From NCBI GenBank assembly GCA_964246305.1, contig CAXTPS010000006.1:97338-161337 (forward strand): a stretch of DNA of 64,000 nucleotides, written 5' to 3'. The notes beneath the pieces are model-generated. The model was not told the origin of the DNA, ran no database searches, and saw only the letters and a program-made list of their open reading frames with translations. The position numbers and the translations under genes were made by a program. Origin of the DNA: an uncultured Pyrinomonadaceae bacterium. Its GTDB lineage: Bacteria > Acidobacteriota > Blastocatellia > Pyrinomonadales > Pyrinomonadaceae. Shown here piece by piece: positions 1 to 8,875 of this stretch (its first letter is position 1; every line of letters starts with the position of its first letter).

Positions 1-1061
1 AGAATGTCGCGCTGCTGCGGAATAAATCCCGCCTCGCGTATCAGGTAGCGCAGCATCTTTTCATCCGCGACATTATTCGCGCCCGCCGCCGAGACCACGT
101 TCTCTTCGATCATCACGGAACCCATGTCATCAGCCCCGAAGCGCAGAGCGACCTGTCCGAGCCTCAAGCCCTGCGTCAGCCATGATGACTGGATGTGCTC
201 TATGTTATCGAGAAAAATACGCGAGACCGCGAGCATCTTGAGATAATCCATGCCGGTCGGCTCGTCCTTGATGCGCCTGCCGAGAGCCGTGTTCTCGCGC
301 TGAAAAGTCCACGGGATAAAAGCTGTGAAGCCGCCCGTCTCGTCTTGCAGGTCGCGCACACGCTCAAGATGGCGCACGCGATGGACTATCGAATCGCCGA
401 TGCCGAACATCATCGTCGCGGTCGAGCGCAGTCCCACACGATGCACGGCGCGCATCACCGCCAGCCATTCGTCCGTAGTGCATTTGGTCGAGACGCGCTT
501 TCTGACTTCATCATCCAGAATCTCGCCGCCGCCGCCCGGCAGACTATAAAGCCCCGCGTCCTTGAGCCGCCGTAGAATCGTTTCGTAATCGAGGCCGGAG
601 ATGAGATGTATGTTATGTATCTCAGGCGGCGAGAAACAGTGTAGCTGAAAGTCCGGGTATCTTTGATGCAGCGTGCTCAAGAGGTCTTCGTACCATTCGA
701 GGCCGAAGTCAGGGTGCAGCCCGCCCTGCATCAACACGCCCGTTCCGCCGAGCGCGATGGTCTCATCTATCTTCTCGTAAATCTCTTCCTTCGTCCGCAC
801 ATAAGTGTCGGGCTTGCCCGGTCGCCTGTAAAAAGCGCAGAAGGTGCAGACGACATTGCACACATTCGTATAATTGATGTTGCGATCAATGATGTACGTG
901 ACGATATCGTCCGTGTGTCGTCGCTTGCGTATCTCATCAGCCGCGACGCCCATGCGCGCGATATCGTTCGATTCCAGCAGAGCCGTGCAATCGTCCGTCG
1001 TCAAGCGCACCCCGGCAAGCGCGTGGTCAAGAATCGGTTGAATATCCATACTATTTTTCAT
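1..1061 (-). CDS. radical-SAM menaquinone (futalosine pathway) enzyme, MqnC/MqnE family; 3' end lies outside the window
   Basis: Own translation of the minus strand from the ATG at 1061..1059 gives MKNSMDIQPILDH...DRNINYTNVCNVVCTFCAFYRRPG, which contains the CxxxCxxC radical-SAM motif. Further on it reads ...LPGGGGEIL...TATMMFG...FIPWTFQ. It is absent from the ORF track because the stop is left of position 1. It is adjacent to mqnA. Confidence 0.8.
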   Translation of the reverse strand, partial: MKNSMDIQPILDHALAGVRLTTDDCTALLESNDIARMGVAADEIRKRRHTDDIVTYIIDRNINYTNVCNVVCTFCAFYRRPGKPDTYVRTKEEIYEKIDETIALGGTGVLMQGGLHPDFGLEWYEDLLSTLHQRYPDFQLHCFSPPEIHNIHLISGLDYETILRRLKDAGLYSLPGGGGEILDDEVRKRVSTKCTTDEWLAVMRAVHRVGLRSTATMMFGIGDSIVHRVRHLERVRDLQDETGGFTAFIPWTFQRENTALGRRIKDEPTGMDYLKMLAVSRIFLDNIEHIQSSWLTQGLRLGQVALRFGADDMGSVMIEENVVSAAGANNVADEKMLRYLIREAGFIPQQRDI

Positions 1062-1084
1062 GTAACAATCACCGACAAAGATTG

Positions 1085-1200
1085 TAGAGTCGCTTTGATG
1101 AATTCGCAATTTGAAAGCTATGGAATCTCAAATCTCAAATTGCAAATCTCAAATCTCTATCTCAAATCCCAAATCCCCACTCTCAGTTCTAAATTTCCAT
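1085..1200. repeat. intergenic tandem-word repeat (AATCTCAAATC-type words)
   Basis: The sequence ggaatctcaaatctcaaattgcaaatctcaaatctctatctcaaatcccaaatcccc lies between two minus-strand mqn genes. The same word recurs at 36131-36150. Confidence 0.7.
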
Positions 1201-1304
1201 CTTTGCAAAGCGAAATGCTGAAAGCTTCATCGCTAATATGTTTCCCAAAGCAATCACATTACAAATAGCGTGCCTCTCATCTATGCTCTTAAATGCCTTG
1301 AGGC

Positions 1305-2096
1305 TCAGAGCATTTCGAGTTGCCTGTACGACCGTATAAAACCGTGCTTGTGCGCCAGCTTGTAATAAAGCTCAAGCCCCGCGCGCATCCCCGCGTCCAG
1401 CTCGAACGAGATATTTTCCAGCAGATATTCGCGCAGCTCTTCGCGCGGCAGGCGCAGATTTTCATGATAGAGCGTGACGATCTCTTCGACATGAGCCAGC
1501 CCCTCATCTCGCGCGCCTGCGAAATCAACTGCGCCCGCTTTCTCAATCGCGTTCTCGCGCGCCATCCACATCGCAAAGACAAACCCCAGACCCGTGTGCT
1601 CGCGCCAGAGGCTCGCCAGATCATGCACGCGCAAATTCTCGCGCGGGAAAGTCATCGCCGGATCGCCTATGAGGAGCGCCGCATCGCTCCTCTCAAGCAT
1701 CGCGTTGAGGTTCGGCTCGGACGGCTCGCACACAGGCTCAAGCCCCAGAAACTCCCTGAAAATAATTTGAATTAATGCGGCGGAAGTGCGCGAAGAAGTA
1801 TCGAGCGCGATGCTGCGCACGTCTTTCAAATCACTGCAATGAGTCGCAAGCACGACGCTCCGCACGCGCTCGCGCGAGCCGACGCAGACATCCGGCACGA
1901 CCCGCACATTCAACATGCGTTGATATTCGATGACGGGCACGAGCGCGACTTCCGCCTCGCCCTGCTCCAACATCAACGCGCAACGCGCAGGTGCGGCATC
2001 CGTCAACAATTCTACGTCATCACGCATCGAGCCGTAGATAAAACTCCAGATCAGCGGCGCGGTATTCAAATAACTCGAAGCGGCTATGCGCGGCAC
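1305..2096 (-). CDS. mqnA: chorismate dehydratase MqnA (futalosine pathway, periplasmic-binding-protein-like fold)
   Basis: 263-aa ORF starting MPRIAASSYLNTAPLIWSF...LLIGDPAM, which is typical of MqnA/DUF178. It lies next to a radical-SAM Mqn enzyme. Confidence 0.8.
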   Translation of the reverse strand: MPRIAASSYLNTAPLIWSFIYGSMRDDVELLTDAAPARCALMLEQGEAEVALVPVIEYQRMLNVRVVPDVCVGSRERVRSVVLATHCSDLKDVRSIALDTSSRTSAALIQIIFREFLGLEPVCEPSEPNLNAMLERSDAALLIGDPAMTFPRENLRVHDLASLWREHTGLGFVFAMWMARENAIEKAGAVDFAGARDEGLAHVEEIVTLYHENLRLPREELREYLLENISFELDAGMRAGLELYYKLAHKHGFIRSYRQLEML

Positions 2097-2144
2097 GTCT
2101 TTTCCCTTTCGTCTTTCTAGATTTAGTTAAGCATAAGATGCGAG

Positions 2145-2230
2145 CACAAAAAGGAAAAGCGCAGACACAACGATTCCTGCTCCGCACTTTTACCTTTTAC
2201 TTTTTTACTTTTGCCTTTTCACATTTTCCC
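2145..2230. repeat. intergenic word repeat (CTTTTAC / AAAAGG words), weak hairpin
   Basis: The sequence cacttttaccttttacttttttacttttgccttttcac uses the same words as the long hairpin at 6428-6539. It produces the spurious N-terminal extension of ORF 2138..2890. Confidence 0.6.
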
Positions 2231-2245
2231 CTTATCATTGCCCGC

Positions 2246-2890
2246 ATGCGAATTTACGATGTGAGCGTTCCGATCAGCGCGTCGATGCCAACCTATCCGG
2301 GCGATCCCGGCGTAGAGTTCGAGCCGTGGGCTGCGATTGAGAAGGGCGACGCGGCAAACGTCACGATGCTTCACTTCGGCGCGCACACGGGCACGCACGT
2401 TGACGCGCCCGCGCACTTTATCGCAGGCACGCCGCGCGTTGATTCGCTCTCGCTTGAGATATTAACCGGGCAGGCGCGCGTGATAGAGATTCCGAAAGAC
2501 GTGCTTGCGATTGAGCCGGGACATCTCAAGGCCGATGAGTTGAGCGGAGCGACGCGCGTGCTCTTTAAGACGCGCAACTCCGATTTTTGGGGCAGCGCGG
2601 ACAAAAGCTTTCGCAAAGACTTTACTTACATCACGCCGGATGCCGCGCGCTCTCTGGTCGAAATGGGCGTGCGGCTCGTCGGGATTGATTACCTGTCGGT
2701 TGAAAAATTCGGCTCGAAGGATTTTCAAACTCACATTACTTTGCTTGAGCGCGGCGTCGTCATCATCGAAGGTCTAGACCTGCGCGAAGTTGCGGCGGGC
2801 GATTACGAGCTATGCTGCCTGCCGCTCAGGCTGGCGGATGGAACGGGCGACGGCGCACCGGCTCGCACTATCCTGCGCTCGCTGGCATGA
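2246..2890 (+). CDS. cyclase-family protein (kynurenine/aryl-formamidase-like, PF04199-type)
   Basis: MRIYDVSVPISASMPTYPGDPGVEFE...HFGAHTGTHVDAPAHF carries the HxGTHxDxPxH motif. The start is moved to the ATG at 2246 because the upstream 36 codons are encoded by the word repeat. Confidence 0.8.
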   Translation: MRIYDVSVPISASMPTYPGDPGVEFEPWAAIEKGDAANVTMLHFGAHTGTHVDAPAHFIAGTPRVDSLSLEILTGQARVIEIPKDVLAIEPGHLKADELSGATRVLFKTRNSDFWGSADKSFRKDFTYITPDAARSLVEMGVRLVGIDYLSVEKFGSKDFQTHITLLERGVVIIEGLDLREVAAGDYELCCLPLRLADGTGDGAPARTILRSLA

Positions 2891-3036
2891 ACGGCATGAG
2901 ACGTGAAGAGTTTATCGCGCGCCGCGCAGTGATGTCAGGGCTTTCCATTGACGAGCTGATAGATTTACTATCAAGTACGGAGCTTGAAACACGATTCCTC
3001 GCAGAGATGTGCCTGCGCGAGGCGACGGGCACTTGA
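2887..3036 (+). CDS. small hypothetical protein (49 aa), possibly coupled to the cyclase gene
   Basis: The ATG overlaps the cyclase stop (ATGA). The product is MNGMRREEFIARRAVMSGLSIDELIDLL... with no recognisable family. Confidence 0.25.
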   Translation: MNGMRREEFIARRAVMSGLSIDELIDLLSSTELETRFLAEMCLREATGT

Positions 3037-3134
3037 CTCAGCTTTCAGCCTGCGGCTTCGCAGGCAGCACGCACACAGGCGATAACAGAATGGCACGAAT
3101 GGTGGCACGCACATCAATCCACTTTCAAAAAACG

Positions 3135-3578
3135 ATGGCAGACAAAAGCAGACAGGCAAAAGACGAAGCGCGCGGCAAGCCTTCCGTAGAAGCCCCGCGA
3201 GCTGTGCAGGAGTCGCACGGCTACCGCGAGCGCGTGTTTGAGATTGTGCGCCTCATCCCTTCCGGGCGCGTGATGACTTACGGGCAGCTCGCGGACATCC
3301 TGGGCGAAGGCTACACGCCGCGCACGGTCGGCTTTGTGATGCACGCGGCTGACGAAGAGACGACTCCGTGGCAGCGCGTCATCAACTCGCAGGGTGCGTG
3401 CTCGACAGGGCGCGTCATCCTTCCGCCCGACAAACAGCAGCGCATGCTCGAAGCCGAAGGCGTCAAGTTCGACGCACGCGCACGCTGCGACCTGCGACAA
3501 TATCGCTGGTCGCCCGACGAAGACGAAAAGCAGGACGGGAGGCAGGATGATGAACAGCCGAGCCTCTTCAGCGATTAA
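3135..3578 (+). CDS. MGMT-family DNA-binding domain protein (alkyltransferase-like)
   Basis: VFEIVRLIPSGRVMTYGQLADILG....TPRTVGFVMH...PWQRVINSQG resembles the 6-O-methylguanine DNA methyltransferase DNA-binding domain, but I see no PCHR active-site motif. The start is uncertain; the ORF is open from 3009 and there is an ATG at 3135. Confidence 0.7.
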   Translation: MADKSRQAKDEARGKPSVEAPRAVQESHGYRERVFEIVRLIPSGRVMTYGQLADILGEGYTPRTVGFVMHAADEETTPWQRVINSQGACSTGRVILPPDKQQRMLEAEGVKFDARARCDLRQYRWSPDEDEKQDGRQDDEQPSLFSD

Positions 3579-3590
3579 CTGATTCAAATA

Positions 3591-3690
3591 TGGTCTTGGG
3601 GCTTTGGTCTTTGATGTTTGACTCAAGTTGAGCTTCATCGCTCAAGGCCGGAGTCGCGTGCAAAGCACAAAGACCAAAGCCAAAGACCAA
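3591..3690 (-). repeat. family-A intergenic hairpin element (CTTTGG-word arms + conserved core), copy A1
   Basis: The reverse complement reads ttggtctttggctttggtctttgtgctttgcacgcgactc...acatcaaagaccaaagcc. It shares the CTTTGCACGCGACTC left junction and the ACA(C)ATCAAAGA right junction with the other copies. Confidence 0.85.
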
Positions 3691-3709
3691 ATTCCCGTGA
3701 GGAATAAAA

Positions 3710-4123
3710 ATGAACAATGATCCCCTTGCCCCCAAAGCCCCTTATGACATCAGCCCGCCGCAATATTCGGTCGCGCATCATATGGTCACGAGCGCGTTTG
3801 AGCTGCCCGGCTTTCGCATCCGGCGCAATCTGGGAGTAGTGCGCGGCATCGTCGTCCGCTCGCGTAATGTCTTCGTCAACATCGGAGCGGCTCTGCAAAC
3901 TCTGGTCGGCGGTAACATCGTCGCATGGACACGGCTCTGCGAACAGACGCGCTCGGACGCCTTCGAGATCATGATTCAGCATGCGACCGAACTCGGAGCC
4001 AATGCGATTGTGTGCGCGCGTTATGATGCGACGGAAGTCGCAAGCGGCGCGACGGAAGTGCTGGCTTACGGCACGGCTGTCATCGTCGAGCCGACGGACG
4101 CCGGAGAGACCTATCGCGCATGA
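3710..4123 (+). CDS. YbjQ/UPF0145 family protein
   Basis: ELPGFRIRRNLGVVRGIVVRSRNVF...GANAIVCARYDATEV...AYGTAVIVE is typical of YbjQ-like proteins. Confidence 0.85.
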   Translation: MNNDPLAPKAPYDISPPQYSVAHHMVTSAFELPGFRIRRNLGVVRGIVVRSRNVFVNIGAALQTLVGGNIVAWTRLCEQTRSDAFEIMIQHATELGANAIVCARYDATEVASGATEVLAYGTAVIVEPTDAGETYRA

Positions 4124-4542
4124 AGGATGATGCGCTGACAGAAGTTGAGAGGCAACGTATCGCGGAGGCGTTCGGGGCTGTTCCATTCGCGCATATGCTC
4201 GGCCTTGAGCTGGTCTCGGTCGAGCGTGGCAAGGCCGTTTTGCGTCTCGGCATACGCGATGAGCTGAGACAGAATAACGGCATCATACATGGCGGCGTGA
4301 CTGCCTCGCTGATTGATACAGCCGCCGCTTTTGTCATCCTGACGCAGCTCAAACCAGACCAGACGACCACCACAGTTGACCTGACGATTCATTATCTGCG
4401 CCCGCTCGTCAAAGGGCAGGCAACGGCGCACGCGCGCATAGTTCGCGGCGGAAGACGCCTCATAATCGCTGCCGTGGACGTTTTCGACGAGGCGGAAAGC
4501 CTCGCGGCGACCGCCCTCACAACCTATATCCGGTTGACTTAA
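4120..4542 (+). CDS. PaaI-family hotdog-fold thioesterase
   Basis: PFAHMLGLELVSVERGKAVLRL...NNGIIHGGVTASLIDTAAA is a PaaI/YbgC-like signature. The start shows a 4-nt overlap with the upstream gene. Confidence 0.85.
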   Translation: MKDDALTEVERQRIAEAFGAVPFAHMLGLELVSVERGKAVLRLGIRDELRQNNGIIHGGVTASLIDTAAAFVILTQLKPDQTTTTVDLTIHYLRPLVKGQATAHARIVRGGRRLIIAAVDVFDEAESLAATALTTYIRLT

Positions 4543-4724
4543 AAGCATTTAACTACCTTTGCCCGGCTTTTTTCGCAAAAGAAATATAGACAAACCCTGT
4601 TAATTCATGCAAAATGGGTTTTGTCTCTGCTGCCTTTCTGTCGAAGGCAGCATCCGCTCATCATTCTTTCACTGGCTCGACAGCCCAAAGTCGCAGCCGG
4701 ACGCGACCGCCCAGCCCAGAATAG

Positions 4725-6407
4725 ATGCACTCACTCTATCACGCTCTGCTCGCACAGCACCCGCGCCAGCTAACTTCTGTGCGCTGTGCCGAGCAGACTA
4801 TTGCCCAGCTTCATCGTTATTTCGAGGACGTAGTGCTTGAGAACAATCTGGCCGCGCTCGTCATCGAGAGCCTGCCTTTGATGAAGGAGCGTTCGCTGCG
4901 AGACCTTGCGCGCGTGCGCGAGGTCGGGCGGTCTGCGCATCGCGCCTTCTTTTTCGTTTCGCACGAAGATGCTCTGGGCGGTCTGCCGCTGCGGATGAGC
5001 GAACAGGATCGCGAGCCTATCCTTTTGAAGCGCACAGAGCACGAGCAGACGGACGAGCGTTTCGTCGTCATCGCGGACTCGCGCTTCTCTGCCCTGCTGG
5101 CTTCCGTGCGCGGCACGGACGAAGACGGCGGAGGCGACGAGGTTATCTGGTCGTTCGAGCCGGACATAGTTTATTCCGCGCTCGAATATCTGATGGCGCG
5201 CGTCAACGCCGAGCGATCTTTTCAGGCGAACGTCTTTACTGCGGCGGTCAAATCTTCGATGCCGAAGGCGACCTCGCTTCAGCTCACGGTCTCTGTCACG
5301 ACCAAGCTCGCGCGGCTCTTGCAGGAACAGGCCGGGCGTGAGATAGCGATCAACCGCATCGCCAACGCGATTCGTAATTCGCTTGAGCTTGAACAGCTTC
5401 TGCAAACGACCGTCAACGAAGTCGGGCGCGCGCTCAATGCACAGCACTGCGCGCTACGGGTCGAAGGCGAGGCCGGAAGCGAGCCTTTGAGCAACTTTTA
5501 TTTTCGTGACGGAGTGGATAGCGATAAAGCAGAGGACACGGAACTCAAGGGCGACCTTGACGCCTACAGCGTGCGGCTGGCACAGCGCCTCAACAATTAT
5601 GTGCTGGACGGGAGCGGCAGCGCAGACCCGCACGCGCAGAGCATACGCCCGCTCGCCGCTGTCTCGCTTATTTACAAGCAACATTCTATGGGCACGCTGC
5701 TCGTGCGCTCGGATAACCCGGAGCGCATCTGGCAGGAGAATGAAGTCCTGTTGTTACGCACGGTCGCAGATCAGGTGACCATCGCGGTTAATCACGCGCG
5801 CCTCTTCGCGCAGACGCAGCAACAGGCTCTGACAGATGTCCTGACGGGCTGCGTCAACCGCCGCTCGTTTGAAATGGAACTCGAAAAAGCTTTGCAGGTT
5901 GCGACGCGTATGCACCAGCCGCTTTCTCTCATCATGCTCGACGTGGATTACTTCAAGCTCGTCAACGACACACACGGCCACGACGCGGGCGATATGGCGC
6001 TGCGCATGTTCGCAGACGGTTTGCGCGAAGAGCTGCGCGGCGTTGACACGGCGGCGCGTTACGGCGGCGAGGAGTTCGCGGTGATTCTGCCGCAGGCGGA
6101 TGTGGACGGCGCGCTGATCGTGGCAGAACGTTTGCGGGCGCGTCTCGAAAATACGGAAATCCCGCGCGTCGGGTATATCACGGCCTCATTCGGCGTCGCC
6201 ACATTTCCGATGCACGCCAATTCGCGCGACAGTCTTGTCTCAGCCGCAGACCGCGCTCTTTATGATGCCAAGAACTCCGGGCGCAACCTCGTGCGCAGCC
6301 CGCAAGTCACTCCGATCACCCTCACGGATGAAATGTTCGAGCTTAACGAAATCTCAGACGACGCGCAGGATAAGCAGGCTGAAGCCTTTCCTCCAATCTT
6401 AGTTTAA
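4725..6407 (+). CDS. diguanylate cyclase with N-terminal DICT-like domain, GAF domain and GGDEF domain
   Basis: The C-terminus has LTGCVNRRSF...DVDYFKLVNDTHGHDAGD...ARYGGEEFAVIL, an intact GGEEF site. The middle region is GAF-like. The N-terminal ~200 aa (FVVIADSRFSALLASV...WSFEPDIV) resemble a DICT domain. Confidence 0.9.
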   Translation: MHSLYHALLAQHPRQLTSVRCAEQTIAQLHRYFEDVVLENNLAALVIESLPLMKERSLRDLARVREVGRSAHRAFFFVSHEDALGGLPLRMSEQDREPILLKRTEHEQTDERFVVIADSRFSALLASVRGTDEDGGGDEVIWSFEPDIVYSALEYLMARVNAERSFQANVFTAAVKSSMPKATSLQLTVSVTTKLARLLQEQAGREIAINRIANAIRNSLELEQLLQTTVNEVGRALNAQHCALRVEGEAGSEPLSNFYFRDGVDSDKAEDTELKGDLDAYSVRLAQRLNNYVLDGSGSADPHAQSIRPLAAVSLIYKQHSMGTLLVRSDNPERIWQENEVLLLRTVADQVTIAVNHARLFAQTQQQALTDVLTGCVNRRSFEMELEKALQVATRMHQPLSLIMLDVDYFKLVNDTHGHDAGDMALRMFADGLREELRGVDTAARYGGEEFAVILPQADVDGALIVAERLRARLENTEIPRVGYITASFGVATFPMHANSRDSLVSAADRALYDAKNSGRNLVRSPQVTPITLTDEMFELNEISDDAQDKQAEAFPPILV

Positions 6408-6427
6408 ATTCCCCTCAGACACACACC

Positions 6428-6539
6428 AAAAAGCAGAAGGTAAAAGTAAAAAGGCAAAAATGCGGCGGCAGCGGATTTTTTATAAAACGCTTTTGTCTGC
6501 CCTTTCATCTTTTTACTTTTTTTACTTTTACCTTCTTTT
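6428..6539. repeat. intergenic long hairpin built from AAAGTAAAAGG / CTTTTAC words
   Basis: The left arm is aaaaagcagaaggtaaaagtaaaaaggcaaaaatg. The right arm is cctttcatctttttactttttttacttttaccttctttt. Confidence 0.8.
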
Positions 6540-6634
6540 GCGTTCGGGATAAAAATCGCGCATGATAGTCTCAGTCCGTATTCACTGAAGCTGTTCGCGG
6601 AGGTTTGCGAGGCCGCAAAAGCCTCGCCCGATTT

Positions 6635-8380
6635 ATGCACGACCTGAAGAAATTCGCGCGTTATTTTCGCCCTTATAAATTACATATCATCACGGGTATC
6701 ATCTGTATCCTCGCTTCGGTCGTCTTCGGTCTATTGATTCCGCGCTCGGTCGGTCTCGCCATTGACGATCTGAAGCAGGGCGTGACGTGGACATCAATCA
6801 CGATGGCGAGCCTCAAGATTCTGGGCTTGAGCCTCGTGAGCGGCATCTTTCTCTTCCTGCAACGCCGCATACTCATCAACATGTCGCGCCACGTCGAGTA
6901 CGACCTGCGCAGAGATTTTTACGCGTATCTGGTAGATCAGCCCCTCTCATTTTTTCACGAGCACCGGACGGGCGATTTGATGGCTCGCGCGACCAACGAT
7001 CTGGCGGCGGTCAGGCAGCTCGCGGGGCCGATGATTATGTACACGCTGCAAACGGTCTTCGTCGTCATGCTCGTCCTGCCTTTGATGCTGAAGATAAGTG
7101 TGCGGCTGACGTTGCTGCTTTTTGTGACGATGCCGCTCGTCTCTTTGACCGTCAAGTATTTCGGCCAGCAGGTACACATGCGCTTTGAGAAGATTCAGGA
7201 CTTCTTCGCGCAGATTACAGCACGCGCGCAGGAGAATTTTGCGGGCGTGCGCGTCGTCAGAGCTTACGCGCAGGAGGGAGCGGAGATTGCCGCTTTCGAC
7301 ACCCTGAACCGTCAATACGCCGAACGCAATCTGAGCTTGGTTCGCATCTCAGCGATGATGCGTCCGCTGCTGCAATTTGTGATCGGCGCGGGCTTCGTGT
7401 TGATTATCTGGGTCGGCGTCCCGCTCACGGTCAGCGGAGCGATGACCACCGGCGAGTTCGTGACCTTCAATCTCTATCTCTCGCGCCTGATCTGGCCGCT
7501 GATCGCGCTCGGCTACGTGGTCAATCTTTACCAGCGCGGCACCGCGAGCCTCAAACGCATCAACTCGATTCAAGCGATTGAGCCTACGATTAAGGATGCG
7601 GCGGGCGTGCGCGTGCAGCCGCCGGTTAGAGGACGGATAGAATTTAAGAATCTGACCTTTCGTTACCGCGAGACGGACGAGCCTGTGCTGCGCGACATCA
7701 ACCTAGTCATCGAAGCAGGACAATCCGTAGCTTTCGTCGGGCGCACGGGCAGCGGCAAATCCACTCTGGTCAACCTGATTACGCGTCTCATAGATGCTCC
7801 ACAGGGCACAGTGCTGGTTGACGATATTTCCGTGCGTGATTATCCGCTCGCGCAGCTCAGGGAGAGCATAGGATACGTGCCGCAGGAAACTTTTCTTTTC
7901 AGCGACACGCTGGCAGACAACATCGCTTTCGGCGTCTTGAAGGCGGAGCGCGCTGACATCGAATGGGCTGCGGAGATTGCCGGGCTGACGGATGATATAC
8001 GCAGTTTCCCGAACGGCTTCGAGACGATGGTCGGCGAGCGCGGCATCACGCTCTCCGGCGGTCAGAAGCAGCGCACGGCGATTGCCCGCGCAGTGCTCCG
8101 CCAGCCGAAGATTCTGATTCTGGACGACTCGCTCTCGTCCGTAGACACTTACACGGAAGAGAAAATCTTAGCCCAACTGCGCGGGGTCATGCGCGAGCGG
8201 ACGAGCATCATCGTCTCGCACAGGATTTCGACGGTGCGTGATGCAGACCTCATCTGCGTGCTCGACGAAGGACGTATGGTTGAGCGCGGGACGCATGATG
8301 AACTGCTGGCGCGCGGCGGCGAGTATGCGGACTTGTACGAGCGTCAACTGTTGGAAGAAGAGCTGGCAGCGACCGGCTGA
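6635..8380 (+). CDS. ABC exporter, fused permease/ATPase subunit (heterodimer partner 1)
   Basis: A six-TM N-terminal domain is followed by Walker [10 protein letters not shown], signature LSGGQKQR and Walker B ILILDD. The ATG at 6635 is preferred over the TTG at 6605. Confidence 0.9.
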   Translation: MHDLKKFARYFRPYKLHIITGIICILASVVFGLLIPRSVGLAIDDLKQGVTWTSITMASLKILGLSLVSGIFLFLQRRILINMSRHVEYDLRRDFYAYLVDQPLSFFHEHRTGDLMARATNDLAAVRQLAGPMIMYTLQTVFVVMLVLPLMLKISVRLTLLLFVTMPLVSLTVKYFGQQVHMRFEKIQDFFAQITARAQENFAGVRVVRAYAQEGAEIAAFDTLNRQYAERNLSLVRISAMMRPLLQFVIGAGFVLIIWVGVPLTVSGAMTTGEFVTFNLYLSRLIWPLIALGYVVNLYQRGTASLKRINSIQAIEPTIKDAAGVRVQPPVRGRIEFKNLTFRYRETDEPVLRDINLVIEAGQSVAFVGRTGSGKSTLVNLITRLIDAPQGTVLVDDISVRDYPLAQLRESIGYVPQETFLFSDTLADNIAFGVLKAERADIEWAAEIAGLTDDIRSFPNGFETMVGERGITLSGGQKQRTAIARAVLRQPKILILDDSLSSVDTYTEEKILAQLRGVMRERTSIIVSHRISTVRDADLICVLDEGRMVERGTHDELLARGGEYADLYERQLLEEELAATG

Positions 8381-8388
8381 GAACAGTT

Positions 8389-8850
8389 ATGAAAGGAGCA
8401 ACGGCGATGCAGCCAATGAATCAGGACACATCGAATCTCAACATCGCAGGGCGTTATCGAACCTTGCTCGTCATGTGGTTTGCGATACTGGTTTCGGTTG
8501 GCGTCTTCTTCATGATGACGTTGTTTATTCCGAGACAGGCGACGGATGAGAACAAGCTGCTGTCAATAATTCTCGGCGCGTTCGGAGGATTCCTGGCGGT
8601 CTTTTCGCTCGTGCCGAAAAAGAAGATGCTTGAACAGGCAGCCGAAACGCAGCAACCGCGCCTCGTCAACACGGGCTACATCCTTGCCTTCGTCTTGAGC
8701 GAAACGGCGGGCATTTTCGGATTGGTGATGTACATGCTGACGCCGGGGCGCGGTTATTATGCGCTGTTTATTATCTCCGCGCTCTTCATGTTCGTGCATT
8801 TCCCGCGCCGCGAACATCTGCTGGCGGCGAGTTTTAAGAATCAACGATGA
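8389..8850 (+). CDS. hypothetical small integral membrane protein (about 4 TM) between the two ABC subunit genes
   Basis: Hydrophobic segments include LLVMWFAILVSVGVFFMMTLFI, LLSIILGAFGGFLAVFSLV, YILAFVLSETAGIFGLVMYML and YALFIISALFMFVHF. It is tightly spaced in the operon. Confidence 0.55.
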   Translation: MKGATAMQPMNQDTSNLNIAGRYRTLLVMWFAILVSVGVFFMMTLFIPRQATDENKLLSIILGAFGGFLAVFSLVPKKKMLEQAAETQQPRLVNTGYILAFVLSETAGIFGLVMYMLTPGRGYYALFIISALFMFVHFPRREHLLAASFKNQR

Positions 8851-8875
8851 AGTGAACGAAAGTTTTTAAGAAGAG

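Noticed and set aside
663-1268. Plus-strand ORFs 195..575, 325..549 and 663..1268 at the left edge of the window.
   Set aside because: The minus strand here encodes a clear radical-SAM MqnC/MqnE-type protein with a CxxxCxxC motif. The plus-strand ORFs are shadows, and their ends are encoded by the AATCTCAAATC repeat.
3635-4186. A 183-aa minus-strand ORF overlapping the YbjQ-like gene.
   Set aside because: The YbjQ/UPF0145 signature on the plus strand is unambiguous. The minus-strand ORF starts inside the family-A repeat and has no family resemblance.
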